Source: Gemmatimonadaceae bacterium
GTDB taxonomy: Bacteria; Gemmatimonadota; Gemmatimonadetes; Gemmatimonadales; Gemmatimonadaceae
DNA length: 64,000 nt
Reading direction: 5' to 3'
Assembly (NCBI GenBank): GCA_017881585.1
Contig: JADGQS010000001.1
Coordinates: 932 to 64,931 of the forward strand
Below the pieces are notes generated by a model. That model did not search any database, was not told where the DNA came from, and worked only from the letters and a program-made list of their open reading frames with translations. Positions within the stretch are counted from its first letter, which is position 1, and the number at the start of each line of letters is the position of its first letter. This document shows positions 25,662 to 35,286 of the stretch, in pieces. Position numbers and translations under genes: made by a program.

Positions 25662-27215
25662 CTAAGCCCGCGCTTCCACCCCATCGATCGTGAATAGCCG
25701 CGCTACCTCGGCACGATAATCATCAAGCGCGCGCGCCACGTCGCTGGCATCCCAACCGAGCCGCCGCGCCATCAGTTCAGCCACGCGCGGCGCCACCGAT
25801 GCCCCATGGTCGCGCGTCTCGAATGCGAGATGCGTGCGCCGCACGAGGACGTCGGCGATGGTGCAGGCGAACTCGTGATCGACGGCGGCGGACACATCAT
25901 CCGTCGTGTACGGAAGCCCCGGCGCGATGGGCTCGCCGCGCACGAAGCCGACGACGGGCCGCGAGATGGAGCCGGGGAGAACTCGCGTGCCGGTGACCGA
26001 CGGCGTGCGCGGCTGTCCGAGGTACGTCTGCACCCGATCGGCGACTTCTTCGGACATCGAGCGATACGTGGTGAGCTTGCCTCCGGTCACGGCGATGACG
26101 CCGCGCGGCCCGACGGTGATGGCATGCTCGCGGCTCGCGCCCGCGGGATCGCCCGAGTTTCCGCTCGCGATCAGCGGGCGGATGCCGGCCCATGCGCACA
26201 CGACGTCGCCGGCCGTGAGTTTCGCCCCCGGGAAATAGGCGTTGGCGCCGTCCAGGAGGTACTGCACGTCGGCGCGCGTGGCCCGCACCTGGTCCGGGTG
26301 CTCTTCGGTGGGCGTGTCGGTCGTGCCGATGATGGTGTGCGTTCCGCCGGGGAGCACGAACATCACGCGCTGGTCGGAGCGTGCGAGCATGGTGACGGCG
26401 GCGCGATTTCCGACGCGCTCCGCGGGTACCGCGATGTGCACGCCCTTCGTTCCGAGCACGGCGGGCCGCGACGACGGGCTCTCGATGCGGCTGATGGCGT
26501 CGGTCCACGGTCCCGTGGCATTCACGACCGCCCCGGCGCGCACCTCGATCACGTCCTTCGTGAAGCGGTCGCGCACCGACGCACCGCTCACGCGACCGCG
26601 CTCGAACGTGAGCGACGTGACTTCGGCGTAGTTGAGAGCGGCTGCGCCGGCGGCGACGGCGTCGATCACGTTCGCGATCGTGAGGCGCGCGTCGTTGGTC
26701 GCGGCGTCGAAGTACGTCGCTCCGCCCTTCAGGCCTTCGCGCTCGAGCTTCGGTTCCGTTGCGAGCACCTCGGAGGCGCTCAGCGAGCGATGCCTCGCGA
26801 CGTTTCGAAACGCCGCGAGCAGGTCATACAGCCAGAGTCCGGCGTTGAGCTTCCAGCGCGGAATCCGCGCGCCGCGATACACCGGCCAGGTGAACTCCAG
26901 CGGCCGGACGAGATGCGGCGCGGTCGCGAGCAGGATGCGGCGTTCACGGCTCGATTCGAACACGAGATGGAAGAACCCGTGTTCGAGATAGCGCACGCCG
27001 CCGTGGATGAGCCGCGAAGACCGGCTCGACGTGCCGCTCGCGAAGTCGTCCCGCTCGACGAGCGCGACCGACAGCCCGCGCAGCGCGGCGTCGCGCGCGA
27101 TGCCGGCGCCGTTGATGCCGCCGCCGATGATGAGAACGTCGAAGCGGTCGCGGGCGAGGCGCACGCGCGTCTGGTCTCGCCACGAGTGCGCTGGCCCGGC
27201 GGGGGGATTTCCCAT
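25662..27215 (-). CDS. glpD: FAD-dependent glycerol-3-phosphate dehydrogenase
   Basis: DVLIIGGGINGAGIARDAALRG, SGTSSRSSRLIHGGVRYLE. Start ATG 27215; upstream ORF part is antisense to the thiolase gene. Confidence 0.9.
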   Translation of the reverse strand: MGNPPAGPAHSWRDQTRVRLARDRFDVLIIGGGINGAGIARDAALRGLSVALVERDDFASGTSSRSSRLIHGGVRYLEHGFFHLVFESSRERRILLATAPHLVRPLEFTWPVYRGARIPRWKLNAGLWLYDLLAAFRNVARHRSLSASEVLATEPKLEREGLKGGATYFDAATNDARLTIANVIDAVAAGAAALNYAEVTSLTFERGRVSGASVRDRFTKDVIEVRAGAVVNATGPWTDAISRIESPSSRPAVLGTKGVHIAVPAERVGNRAAVTMLARSDQRVMFVLPGGTHTIIGTTDTPTEEHPDQVRATRADVQYLLDGANAYFPGAKLTAGDVVCAWAGIRPLIASGNSGDPAGASREHAITVGPRGVIAVTGGKLTTYRSMSEEVADRVQTYLGQPRTPSVTGTRVLPGSISRPVVGFVRGEPIAPGLPYTTDDVSAAVDHEFACTIADVLVRRTHLAFETRDHGASVAPRVAELMARRLGWDASDVARALDDYRAEVARLFTIDGVEARA

Positions 27216-27246
27216 CGACGAACAACATAGCCTAGCTTTCAGCGAT

Positions 27247-28539
27247 ATGGATATTCCCGGGAACCGCCGCGTCGCCATCATCGCAGGCGTCCGCACGCCG
27301 TTCGCCAAGGCCGGCACGGAACTCAGACGTTTCAGCGCCATCGACCTGGGCAAGATCGCGGTCAGCGAGCTCGTGCACCGGTCGAGCGTGGACCCGAAAA
27401 CAATAGATCTTCTCGTCTTCGGCACGGTCGTCCCCAACGTGCTCGCGCCGAACATCGCGCGCGAAGTCGCCCTGATGCCGCTCTTTCCGAAGAACATCCA
27501 GTCGTGGAGCGTCAGCCGCGCCTGCGCGTCGTCGAACCAGGCGATCACCGATGCCGCCGACCAGATCATGCTCGGCCACGCCGACATCGCCATCGCCGGC
27601 GGCGCCGAGTCGCTCTCGAACGTCCCGATCCTGCACTCGCGCGGCTTCAGCGACGCGTTGGTCGCCGCGAGCAAGGCGAAATCGACCGGCCAGCGGCTCG
27701 GCGCGCTCGCGAAGATCCGCCCGCGCGATTTCATCCCGATCACTCCGGCGATTGCGGAGCCGAGCACCGGCGAGTCGATGGGACAGTCGGCCGAGAAGAT
27801 GGCGAAATTGAACGGCATCTCGCGCGCCGCGCAGGATGAGCTCGCGCTCGCGTCTCACCTCAACGCCGCCGCGGGAACGAAGGACGGAAGGCTGACCGCC
27901 GAGATCGCCCCGGTCTACATCCCGCCGCGCTACGACCGCACGCTCACCTCGGACAACGGCGTCCGCAGCGGCACGAGCATCGACCAGCTGTCGAAACTCA
28001 AGCCGGTGTTCGACCGGAAATACGGCACGGTCACTGCGGGCAACGCCTCACCGCTCACCGACGGCGGCGCCGCCGTGCTGCTCATGAGCGAGGACCGCGC
28101 GAAGGCGCTCGGCTTCAAGCCGATCGCGTACATCCGGAGCTATGCCTACGCCGCGATCGATCCGGGCGAGCAGCTCCTGCAGGCCCCGGTGTTCGCCGCG
28201 CCGCTGGCGCTGAAACGCGCGGGGCTCACGCTGAAGGACATCGACCTCGTGGAGATGCACGAGGCGTTCGCCGCGCAGGTGCTCTCGAACCTGCAGGGAT
28301 TCGAGTCGCAGTACTGGGCCAGCCGCGGGGGATTCCCGAACCCGGTCGGCACGGTCGATCGCGCGCGCCTCAACGTGATGGGCGGTTCGCTCGCGATCGG
28401 CCACCCGTTCGGCGCGACCGGCGCGCGCATCACGACGACGCTCGTGAACGAGCTCGCGCGCCGCGGCGGACAGTTCGGCCTCATGACGGTCTGCGCCGCG
28501 GGCGGGATGGGTTTCGCGATGGTGGTGGAGCGCTCATGA
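27247..28539 (+). CDS. fadI: Acetyl-CoA C-acyltransferase (3-ketoacyl-CoA thiolase, FadI-like)
   Basis: Active-site SRACASSNQA, C-terminal GGSLAIGHPFGATG and CAAGGMG. Precedes the fadJ-like gene as in fadIJ operons. Confidence 0.88.
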   Translation: MDIPGNRRVAIIAGVRTPFAKAGTELRRFSAIDLGKIAVSELVHRSSVDPKTIDLLVFGTVVPNVLAPNIAREVALMPLFPKNIQSWSVSRACASSNQAITDAADQIMLGHADIAIAGGAESLSNVPILHSRGFSDALVAASKAKSTGQRLGALAKIRPRDFIPITPAIAEPSTGESMGQSAEKMAKLNGISRAAQDELALASHLNAAAGTKDGRLTAEIAPVYIPPRYDRTLTSDNGVRSGTSIDQLSKLKPVFDRKYGTVTAGNASPLTDGGAAVLLMSEDRAKALGFKPIAYIRSYAYAAIDPGEQLLQAPVFAAPLALKRAGLTLKDIDLVEMHEAFAAQVLSNLQGFESQYWASRGGFPNPVGTVDRARLNVMGGSLAIGHPFGATGARITTTLVNELARRGGQFGLMTVCAAGGMGFAMVVERS

Positions 28540-30692
28540 CCGCCGCGGCGCTCTCGCTGGACGTGCAGGACGGCATCGCGATCATCACGATCGACCTGCC
28601 GAATGAGTCCGTGAACAAGTTCTCGGCGGCGGTCATCGCCGAGTTCGATGCGATGATGACGACGATCGAGGGCAACAGCGCCGTGAAGGCCGCGGTGTTG
28701 ATCAGCGGGAAACCCGACGTGTTCATCGCGGGTGCGGACATCGATGCGTTTCTCGAGTTCAAGTCGGCGAAGGACGCCGAGGCCGCGAGCGCTTCGGGGC
28801 ACCGCATGATGTCGCGCCTCGAGCGATCGCGCGCGCCGGTGGTGGCGGCGATTCACGGCGCCTGTCTGGGCGCCGGACTCGAGACCGCGCTCGCATGTGC
28901 GTATCGCATCGCGAGCGATCACCCGAAGACCGTGCTCGCCCTTCCGGAGACGCAGCTCGGCCTGATTCCCGGCGCGGGCGGCACGCAGCGGCTCCCGAAG
29001 GTCGTCGGGCTTCAGGTCGCACTCGACATGATTCTCACCGCGAAGAACGTGCGCGCGAAGAAGGCGCTGCAGTGCGGCCTCGTGGACGAGCTCGTGCATC
29101 CGTCGATCCTGCGCGAGGTGGCGATCCGGCGCGCGAAGGCGCTTGCGGCCGGCACGCTTCGCGGACACAGCGAGAAGGCGCGGGGCGTCATGGGAACGCT
29201 GCTCGAAGGGAATCCCGTGGGCCGGGCGATCGTGTTCCGTCAGGCCCGCGCGCTGACGTTGAAGAAGTCCCGCGGGGCGTACCCGGCGCTGCCCGCGGCG
29301 ATCGACGCGGTGCAGGCCGGATATGAGGGCACGGCGGAGCAGGGGTTCGCGACCGAGGCGCGACTCTTCGGCGAGATGGCGGCGACGGCGGTGTCGCGCG
29401 AGCTCATCTTCCTGTTCTTCGCGACGACATCGCTGAAGAAGGACACCGGCGTCGGCGAAGGGTCACCCGCGCCGCTGCCGGTGAGCCAGATCGGCATCCT
29501 GGGCACCGGATTCATGGGCGCCGGCATCGCCGCCGTCGCCGCGATGCAGGGAATCCCCGTGCGGTTCAAGGACATGCAGCACGAACAGGTCGGCCGGGGA
29601 CTCGCGGCCGTGCGGGCCGTGCTGCAGGAGCGCCTCACGAAGAAGCAGATCACGCGCCAGCAGTTCGACGACCAGCTGTCACTCGTATCCGGCACGATCG
29701 AGTACACCGGGTTCGGCAACGTGCCGCTGGTGATCGAGGCGGTGTTCGAGGACCTGGCGGTGAAGCACCAGGTGCTCGCGGAGATCGAGAGAGTGCTTCC
29801 GCCGTCGGCGATCTTCGCAAGCAACACGAGCACGATTCCGATCGCCCAGGTGGCGGACGGTTCGCCGCGCCCCGATCGCGTGATCGGCATGCACTTCTTC
29901 TCGCCGGTCCAGAAGATGCCGCTGCTCGAAGTGATTGCGACGCGGCGCACCGCGCCCGAGGTGATCGCGACGACCGTCGCGTTCGGCCGCAAGCTCGGGA
30001 AGACGGTGATCGTCGTGAACGACGCGCCGGGATTCTACGTCAATCGCATCCTCGCGCCGTACATCAACGAAGCCGGACGGATGCTCGACGAGGGCGTCGC
30101 AATCGAGGCGATCGACCGCGCGATGCTCGACTTCGGATTTCCCGTCGGGCCGATCACCCTGCTCGATGAAGTCGGCCTCGACATCGCCGGCAAGTCGGGC
30201 GCGATCATGGCGAAAGCGTTCGGCAACCGCCTGCAGCCCTCGGCGTCGCTCGGGCAGGTGCTCGCCTCGGGCAGGCTCGGGCGCAAATCGAAAAAGGGCT
30301 TCTACCTCTACGATGCGAGCGGCAAGAAGGGCGGCGTGGACGAGTCGGTCTACTCGCTGCTGCCCACCGGCAGGCGGCGCACCGAACTCGCGAAGGAAGA
30401 GATCCAGCGCCGCTGCTCGCTCGCGATGGTCAACGAGGCCGCGCGCTGCCTCGAGGAGCACACCCTGCGTTCGCCGCGCGACGGCGACGTCGGCGCGGTG
30501 TTCGGCATCGGCTTCCCGCCGTTCCGCGGCGGGCCGTTCCGTCATGTCGACGCGGTCGGCGCCGCCGAGATCGTGCGACAACTCGCGGCGCTGAACGCGG
30601 AACACCACGGACGATTCGACCCGTGCGCGCTGCTCGTCCAGATGGCGCGTGAAGGGCAGCGCTTCTATCCGGCCACCGGAAAACCGGTCTGA
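28536..30692 (+). CDS. fadJ: Fatty-acid oxidation complex alpha subunit (enoyl-CoA hydratase / 3-hydroxyacyl-CoA dehydrogenase)
   Basis: 718 aa. N-terminal crotonase (FIAGADI, HGACLGAGLE), central Rossmann ILGTGFMGAGIA, 3HCDH C-domain. ATGA overlap with the thiolase gene. Confidence 0.9.
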   Translation: MTAAALSLDVQDGIAIITIDLPNESVNKFSAAVIAEFDAMMTTIEGNSAVKAAVLISGKPDVFIAGADIDAFLEFKSAKDAEAASASGHRMMSRLERSRAPVVAAIHGACLGAGLETALACAYRIASDHPKTVLALPETQLGLIPGAGGTQRLPKVVGLQVALDMILTAKNVRAKKALQCGLVDELVHPSILREVAIRRAKALAAGTLRGHSEKARGVMGTLLEGNPVGRAIVFRQARALTLKKSRGAYPALPAAIDAVQAGYEGTAEQGFATEARLFGEMAATAVSRELIFLFFATTSLKKDTGVGEGSPAPLPVSQIGILGTGFMGAGIAAVAAMQGIPVRFKDMQHEQVGRGLAAVRAVLQERLTKKQITRQQFDDQLSLVSGTIEYTGFGNVPLVIEAVFEDLAVKHQVLAEIERVLPPSAIFASNTSTIPIAQVADGSPRPDRVIGMHFFSPVQKMPLLEVIATRRTAPEVIATTVAFGRKLGKTVIVVNDAPGFYVNRILAPYINEAGRMLDEGVAIEAIDRAMLDFGFPVGPITLLDEVGLDIAGKSGAIMAKAFGNRLQPSASLGQVLASGRLGRKSKKGFYLYDASGKKGGVDESVYSLLPTGRRRTELAKEEIQRRCSLAMVNEAARCLEEHTLRSPRDGDVGAVFGIGFPPFRGGPFRHVDAVGAAEIVRQLAALNAEHHGRFDPCALLVQMAREGQRFYPATGKPV

Positions 30693-30728
30693 GCCGCTCA
30701 CCGCATGACGCAACCCCGAGGAACTGAG

Positions 30729-32540
30729 ATGAACCCGATCCATCGACGCGCGGCAGCGCTGACGATCTCGGCGCTTGCGCTGCTACCGCTCGCACCGGTC
30801 CTGCACGCGCAGCAGACGCGCGCCGAGCGAACGAAGTACGCCGAGACGTCGCTCTACGGCGACGTCATTTCGTTCCTCGATTCGCTCCAGCAGCGCGGCG
30901 CGAAGATCCATGTCGGCTTCATCGGCCGCACGATGCAGGGACGCGACGTTCCGTACGTGATCGCGTCGCGCCCGCTCGTGACGACGCCGCTCGAGGCGAA
31001 GCGGCTCGGCCGGCCGATCGTGTACGTGCAGGGCAACATCCACTCGGGCGAAGTGGAAGGGAAAGAGGCGATGCTCGCGATGCTGCGCGACCTCACGCTC
31101 GACCCGAAGCCGAACGTGCTCGATTCGATCGTGCTGCTGGTCGTGCCCGACTACAACGCCGACGGCAACGAGGCGCTCGCCGCGCAGGCGCGCAGTCGCG
31201 GCGCGCAGAACGGCCCGGAGATGGTGGGGACGCGGCCGAACGGGCAGGGGATCAACCTGAACCGCGATTACGTCCGCGCCGAGACGCCGGAGACGAAAGG
31301 GTCGCTCGCGATGTTCAACGCGTGGGACCCGGACGTGTTCGTCGACCTGCACACCACCGACGGCAGCTATCATGGCTACGCGCTGACCTATGCGCCGTCG
31401 CTCCACCCCGCCGCGGCGATCCCCGGCGCGACGTTCGGCGGTGCGTTCGCACGCGACTCGATGCTGCCCCTCCTCCGCCAGCGGATGCAGACGCGCGACA
31501 AGTTCGCAATCTTCGATTACGGGAACTTCTCCGGCGACGAGGGCCCGCGCGCCGGCCCCGGCGAGTCGCGCAGCTGGTCGACGTATTCGCACACGCCGCG
31601 CTACGGCACGAACTACTACGCCCTGCGCGGCCGCATCTCGGTGCTGAGCGAGGCGTTCTCGCACGATCCCTTCGAGCGCCGCGTGAAGTCCACGTACGCG
31701 TTCGTGCACGAGCTGCTCTCGTTCACGGCGGAGCGCTCGAAATCGGTGCTGGCCGCGAGTCGCGGCTCCGACGCCGGGCTCGAATCCGGAAAGCCGCTCG
31801 ACGTGCCGATTCGCGCGGCGCTCACGACGCATGGTTCCACGAAGGTGGTGGTCGAGGAGCTGCTCGACACGATTCCCGAGGCTCGTGAGACGTTGCGCGC
31901 ACAGGCGGCCGCGTCGGCGGCGGCGCGCGCAACCGGGGGCGGACGGGGCGGCCGTGGCGGCGGCGCGGCAGGCGGCGGCCGCGGCGGACCGCCCGCGTGC
32001 GCATGGCCGCTCACCGAGCCCGGCGTGCGCTGCGGCCTGAAGCGCACCGGCAAGTTCGTGAACCAGAAGATGCTCGTGCGCGACCGTTTCGAGGGCACGC
32101 TCAGCGCGAAGCTGCCGGTCGCGTACCTGCTGCGCCGGATGCCCGGCCAGGATTCGCTGATCGCCCAGCTCCGCCTGCACGGCGTCGTCGTGGAGCGGCT
32201 CACCTCCCGCGTCGACGCGCGCGGCGAGCAGTTCACCGTGGATTCGGTCTCGAAGCTCCCGCCGGGCGACGGCCACAGCGATGTGCGCGTCACCGGAACG
32301 TGGCACGCGAGCGATCATGTCACCGGCGAGCCGGGTGACTTCATCGTTCGCGGAGCGCAACCGCTCGGCGTTCTCTCGGTCATCCTGCTGGAACCGATGT
32401 GCGACGACGGGCTCACCGCGTGGAACTACTTCGACGCGACGCTCGAGCCGATGATGAAGTCGACCGACGCGTCGGCCCGTGTGTTCCCGGTCGCGCGGAT
32501 CACCGCCTCGCTCGCCGTCACGACCCGCATCGTCCCCTAA
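30729..32540 (+). CDS. M14 family zinc carboxypeptidase, secreted (alternative start 30705)
   Basis: Signal peptide ISALALLPLAPVLHAQQ. VQGNIHSGEVEGKE, PDYNADGNE, NLNRDY, DLHTTDG are M14 zinc and substrate motifs. Contains a Gly/Arg-rich insert. Confidence 0.8.
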   Translation: MNPIHRRAAALTISALALLPLAPVLHAQQTRAERTKYAETSLYGDVISFLDSLQQRGAKIHVGFIGRTMQGRDVPYVIASRPLVTTPLEAKRLGRPIVYVQGNIHSGEVEGKEAMLAMLRDLTLDPKPNVLDSIVLLVVPDYNADGNEALAAQARSRGAQNGPEMVGTRPNGQGINLNRDYVRAETPETKGSLAMFNAWDPDVFVDLHTTDGSYHGYALTYAPSLHPAAAIPGATFGGAFARDSMLPLLRQRMQTRDKFAIFDYGNFSGDEGPRAGPGESRSWSTYSHTPRYGTNYYALRGRISVLSEAFSHDPFERRVKSTYAFVHELLSFTAERSKSVLAASRGSDAGLESGKPLDVPIRAALTTHGSTKVVVEELLDTIPEARETLRAQAAASAAARATGGGRGGRGGGAAGGGRGGPPACAWPLTEPGVRCGLKRTGKFVNQKMLVRDRFEGTLSAKLPVAYLLRRMPGQDSLIAQLRLHGVVVERLTSRVDARGEQFTVDSVSKLPPGDGHSDVRVTGTWHASDHVTGEPGDFIVRGAQPLGVLSVILLEPMCDDGLTAWNYFDATLEPMMKSTDASARVFPVARITASLAVTTRIVP

Positions 32541-32544
32541 GGAA

Positions 32545-33501
32545 ATGCTCCGCAACTCGCTCCTCTATCTCTCGCGGCAGCCGCGGCTCTTCCGCTTTGT
32601 CCGGAACAATCGGTTCGCGAAGGCGATGGCGTCGCGATTCGTCGCGGGCGAGACCGTCGATTCGGCCGTCGCCGCCGTGCAGCGGCTGAACGCACAGGGC
32701 ATCAGCGCGTCGCTCGACCTGCTCGGCGAGAGCGTCACCAACGAGGCCGAGGCGAGGGCATCGGGTGCGGAATACGTGCGCCTGGTCGACGCCATCGCGC
32801 TGAACAAGCTCGACGCGAACGTCTCCGTGAAGCTCACCGCGATGGGGCAGGACATCGACGACAAGCTCTGCGAGTCGATCATGCGCTCGATCCTCGACCG
32901 CGCGCAGCAGTACGGGGGGTTCGTGCGGCTGGACATGGAAGGAAGCGCCTACACCACGCGCACGCTCGAGTTTTTCGAGCGCCGGCTCTACCCGCAGTAT
33001 CCGGACGCCGTCGGCATCGTGCTGCAGAGCGCGCTTCGCCGGACGTGGACCGACGTCGAACGCGCGATCGCGCTCAACTGCCGCGTGCGGCTGTGCAAGG
33101 GCGCGTATCTCGAGCCCGCGACGGTCGCCTTTCCCGAGAAGGCCGACGTAGACCGCAACTACGTCACGTGCATGCAGGCGCTGATGGAGCGCGGCCGCTA
33201 CCCCGGCATAGCGACGCACGATCCCGAAATCATCTCGCTCGCGAAAACCTTCGCCGCCGAGCATGGCATCGAGCGCTCGCGCTTCGAGTTCCAGATGCTG
33301 TACGGCGTGCGGCGCGACCTGCAGGACCAGCTCGCGCGCGACGGCTACCGGCTGCGCGTCTACGTTCCGTTCGGCACGCAGTGGTACCCGTATCTCATGC
33401 GCCGCCTCGCGGAGCGTCCGGCAAACCTCGCCTTCATTACCGGCAACATCCTGCGCGAGTTCGCCGGCCGGAGAAAGAACAGCGGACGTCTCAACGCGTG
33501 A
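32545..33501 (+). CDS. Proline dehydrogenase (monofunctional)
   Basis: FVAGETVDSAV.., SLDLLGE, VKLTAMG, VRLCKGAY, QMLYGV are PutA PRODH-domain motifs. Confidence 0.85.
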   Translation: MLRNSLLYLSRQPRLFRFVRNNRFAKAMASRFVAGETVDSAVAAVQRLNAQGISASLDLLGESVTNEAEARASGAEYVRLVDAIALNKLDANVSVKLTAMGQDIDDKLCESIMRSILDRAQQYGGFVRLDMEGSAYTTRTLEFFERRLYPQYPDAVGIVLQSALRRTWTDVERAIALNCRVRLCKGAYLEPATVAFPEKADVDRNYVTCMQALMERGRYPGIATHDPEIISLAKTFAAEHGIERSRFEFQMLYGVRRDLQDQLARDGYRLRVYVPFGTQWYPYLMRRLAERPANLAFITGNILREFAGRRKNSGRLNA

Positions 33502-33899
33502 CCCCAGGCCAGCACCTTCCCCCGGAATACGAGAAAGGCGACGAGACGACCGTCGGCGGCTACGCGGCGGTGCATTCGCGGCCGGCGGCGCTCGAGGGGC
33601 GCGACGGCATGTCCTACAGCCTCGACGTGCTGAGCGACTCGACCGGAGAAAGCGCGCGTCCGTTCGGCGCGTACCTGATCTTCGTTCAGTGGTCGCGAGT
33701 CGGCGCGCAGAAAGCCGAAGGACATCTCGAGACGGATTTTCTTGCGTGGGGGAGCAGCACTGATGAAGCGGCGCGCGCACTGGGTGTGATGCCCCTGGCC
33801 GCTGCCCAGCGCGCGCTCGACACTCTGATCTCGATGCGCGACGGCGGCTCCACGCGCCGCTGGTGGGATGCGATGCGCGAGGACGAAGGCGCCGAGTGA
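33498..33899 (+). CDS. Hypothetical protein (133 aa) coupled between the proline dehydrogenase and rsgA genes
   Basis: GTG start forms a GTGA overlap with the upstream stop, and its own stop forms a GTGA overlap with the rsgA start. Composition is protein-like (GAYLIFVQWSRVGAQKAEGHLETDFLAWG). No family recognised. Confidence 0.5.
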   Translation: MTPGQHLPPEYEKGDETTVGGYAAVHSRPAALEGRDGMSYSLDVLSDSTGESARPFGAYLIFVQWSRVGAQKAEGHLETDFLAWGSSTDEAARALGVMPLAAAQRALDTLISMRDGGSTRRWWDAMREDEGAE

Positions 33900-34828
33900 C
33901 CGAGTCCCGCGGAACGGTGCTCAACGGCACGGGCGGCATCTGGGTCGTGCGGACCACCGATGGAATGACGGTCGACGCCTCGCTGCGCGGACGCCTCAAG
34001 CAGGAAGACGCAAAGATGAAGCTCGCGGTTGGCGACGAAGTGACGATCGCCCAGGACCACAGCGAAGGCGCGTGGGCGATCACCGAGATCCATCCGCGCC
34101 GCGCGGTGCTCGCGCGGCGCGCACCGGGCAAGGCACGCGGCGAACGCATCGTCGCGGCGAACGTCGACCAGGTGCTCGTGGTGTTCGCGGCGGCGAAGCC
34201 CGAGCCGCACGTGCGAATGCTGGATCGCTTTCTGGTGATCGCCGAAGGGAACGACATCCCGGCGCGGATCATCTTCAACAAGGTGGAGCTCGTCGGCGGG
34301 CCGTCGGGCGTGGATGCGATCGCGCGCGACTACGAGCGCGCGGGCTACGACGTGCATCGCACGAGCGTGAAGGCCAGGATCGGACTGGACGAACTTCGCG
34401 GCGTGCTCGTGGGAAAGACCTCTGCGCTCACCGGACCGTCGGGCGTCGGGAAATCGTCGCTTTGCAACGCGCTCTTCCCCGGTCTCGACCTGCGCACCGC
34501 CGAGATCAGCGAATCGGTGAACAAGGGCCGTCACACCACGGTCGGCGCCCTGCTCGTGCCGATTCCCGACGCGCTCGGAGGATTCGTGGTGGATACGCCC
34601 GGCCTGCGCGAGGTGGGGATGTGGGGATTGCCAAGCGTCGATCTCGCGCACTGTTTCCCCGAGTTCCGGCCGTTCCTTGGCAATTGCAAGTTCCAGGACT
34701 GTTCGCACGGGCACGAACCAAACTGTGCGGTGCGTTCCGCTGTCGAATCGGGACAGATATCCCGCGAGCGCTACGAGAGCTTTCTCAAACTGCGGGAGGA
34801 ACTCTCCGACGCGGAACGGCAGTGGTGA
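33896..34828 (+). CDS. rsgA: Ribosome small-subunit-dependent GTPase A
   Basis: OB-fold N-terminus, NKVELV, GPSGVGKSSL, zinc finger CKFQDCSHGHEPNCAV. Confidence 0.88.
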   Translation: MTESRGTVLNGTGGIWVVRTTDGMTVDASLRGRLKQEDAKMKLAVGDEVTIAQDHSEGAWAITEIHPRRAVLARRAPGKARGERIVAANVDQVLVVFAAAKPEPHVRMLDRFLVIAEGNDIPARIIFNKVELVGGPSGVDAIARDYERAGYDVHRTSVKARIGLDELRGVLVGKTSALTGPSGVGKSSLCNALFPGLDLRTAEISESVNKGRHTTVGALLVPIPDALGGFVVDTPGLREVGMWGLPSVDLAHCFPEFRPFLGNCKFQDCSHGHEPNCAVRSAVESGQISRERYESFLKLREELSDAERQW

Positions 34829-34829
34829 G

Positions 34830-35280
34830 AACTGAGGACAGCTGCGAGTTGTCGGCTCTCAGTGCAAAGTGTTGCGTGTTGAGTTGAAGGTGTCAGTGTT
34901 CAGATCGAGCGGGCCCGAGTTGGCGATGGAACGATGAGACAGGCAACACGGCGGCGATGACGGAGAGGCGGGCCGCCACCTCGATCCCGGCAAATATCGC
35001 GGAAGGCTGCGGCCGAGAATCCAACAGAGATCTCGCGAAGTTCCTGCAAATCGCAGTCGCGTCCGCATCCGAACTCGAATATCACCTGCTCTTCTGCGCT
35101 GACGCGTCATTGATTTCGCGCGCCGAGTTCGACAAACGCCACGATGACGTCGTGCAGGTCCGCCGGATGCTGATTGGCCTGTTGAAGAAGGTTCGCGCCG
35201 CTCCATCCCGCCCCTCTCCGACGACTGAATTCTGACGCCTCATTACTCACCACTTTGCACTGATCACTCAGTACTCAGTT
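34830..35280. other. Inverted-repeat-bounded cassette carrying the four-helix-bundle gene (IVS-like element outside rRNA)
   Basis: Perfect 13-bp inverted repeat TCAGTGCAAAGTG (34859-34871) / CACTTTGCACTGA (35251-35263), plus outer AACTGAG (34830-34836) / CTCAGTT (35274-35280). The cassette exactly fills the rsgA-pdxH convergent gap. Confidence 0.6.
34957..35235 (+). CDS. Four-helix-bundle protein (23S rRNA intervening-sequence protein family), apparently N-terminally truncated
   Basis: RRAATSIPANIAEGCGRESNRDLAKFLQIAVASASELEYHLLF matches the family core (RRAA.SIP.NIAEG..R....F..FL.IA.GS..E). The usual ~45 N-terminal residues are missing. The in-frame upstream sequence is degenerate and closed by a stop at 34885. 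Confidence 0.6.
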   Translation: MTERRAATSIPANIAEGCGRESNRDLAKFLQIAVASASELEYHLLFCADASLISRAEFDKRHDDVVQVRRMLIGLLKKVRAAPSRPSPTTEF

Positions 35281-35286
35281 GGGCGG

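Noticed and set aside
34957-35235. The four-helix-bundle ORF as an Avd component of a diversity-generating retroelement
   Set aside because: There is no reverse transcriptase, template/variable repeat pair or target gene nearby. The ORF appears truncated. Only family membership links it to DGRs.
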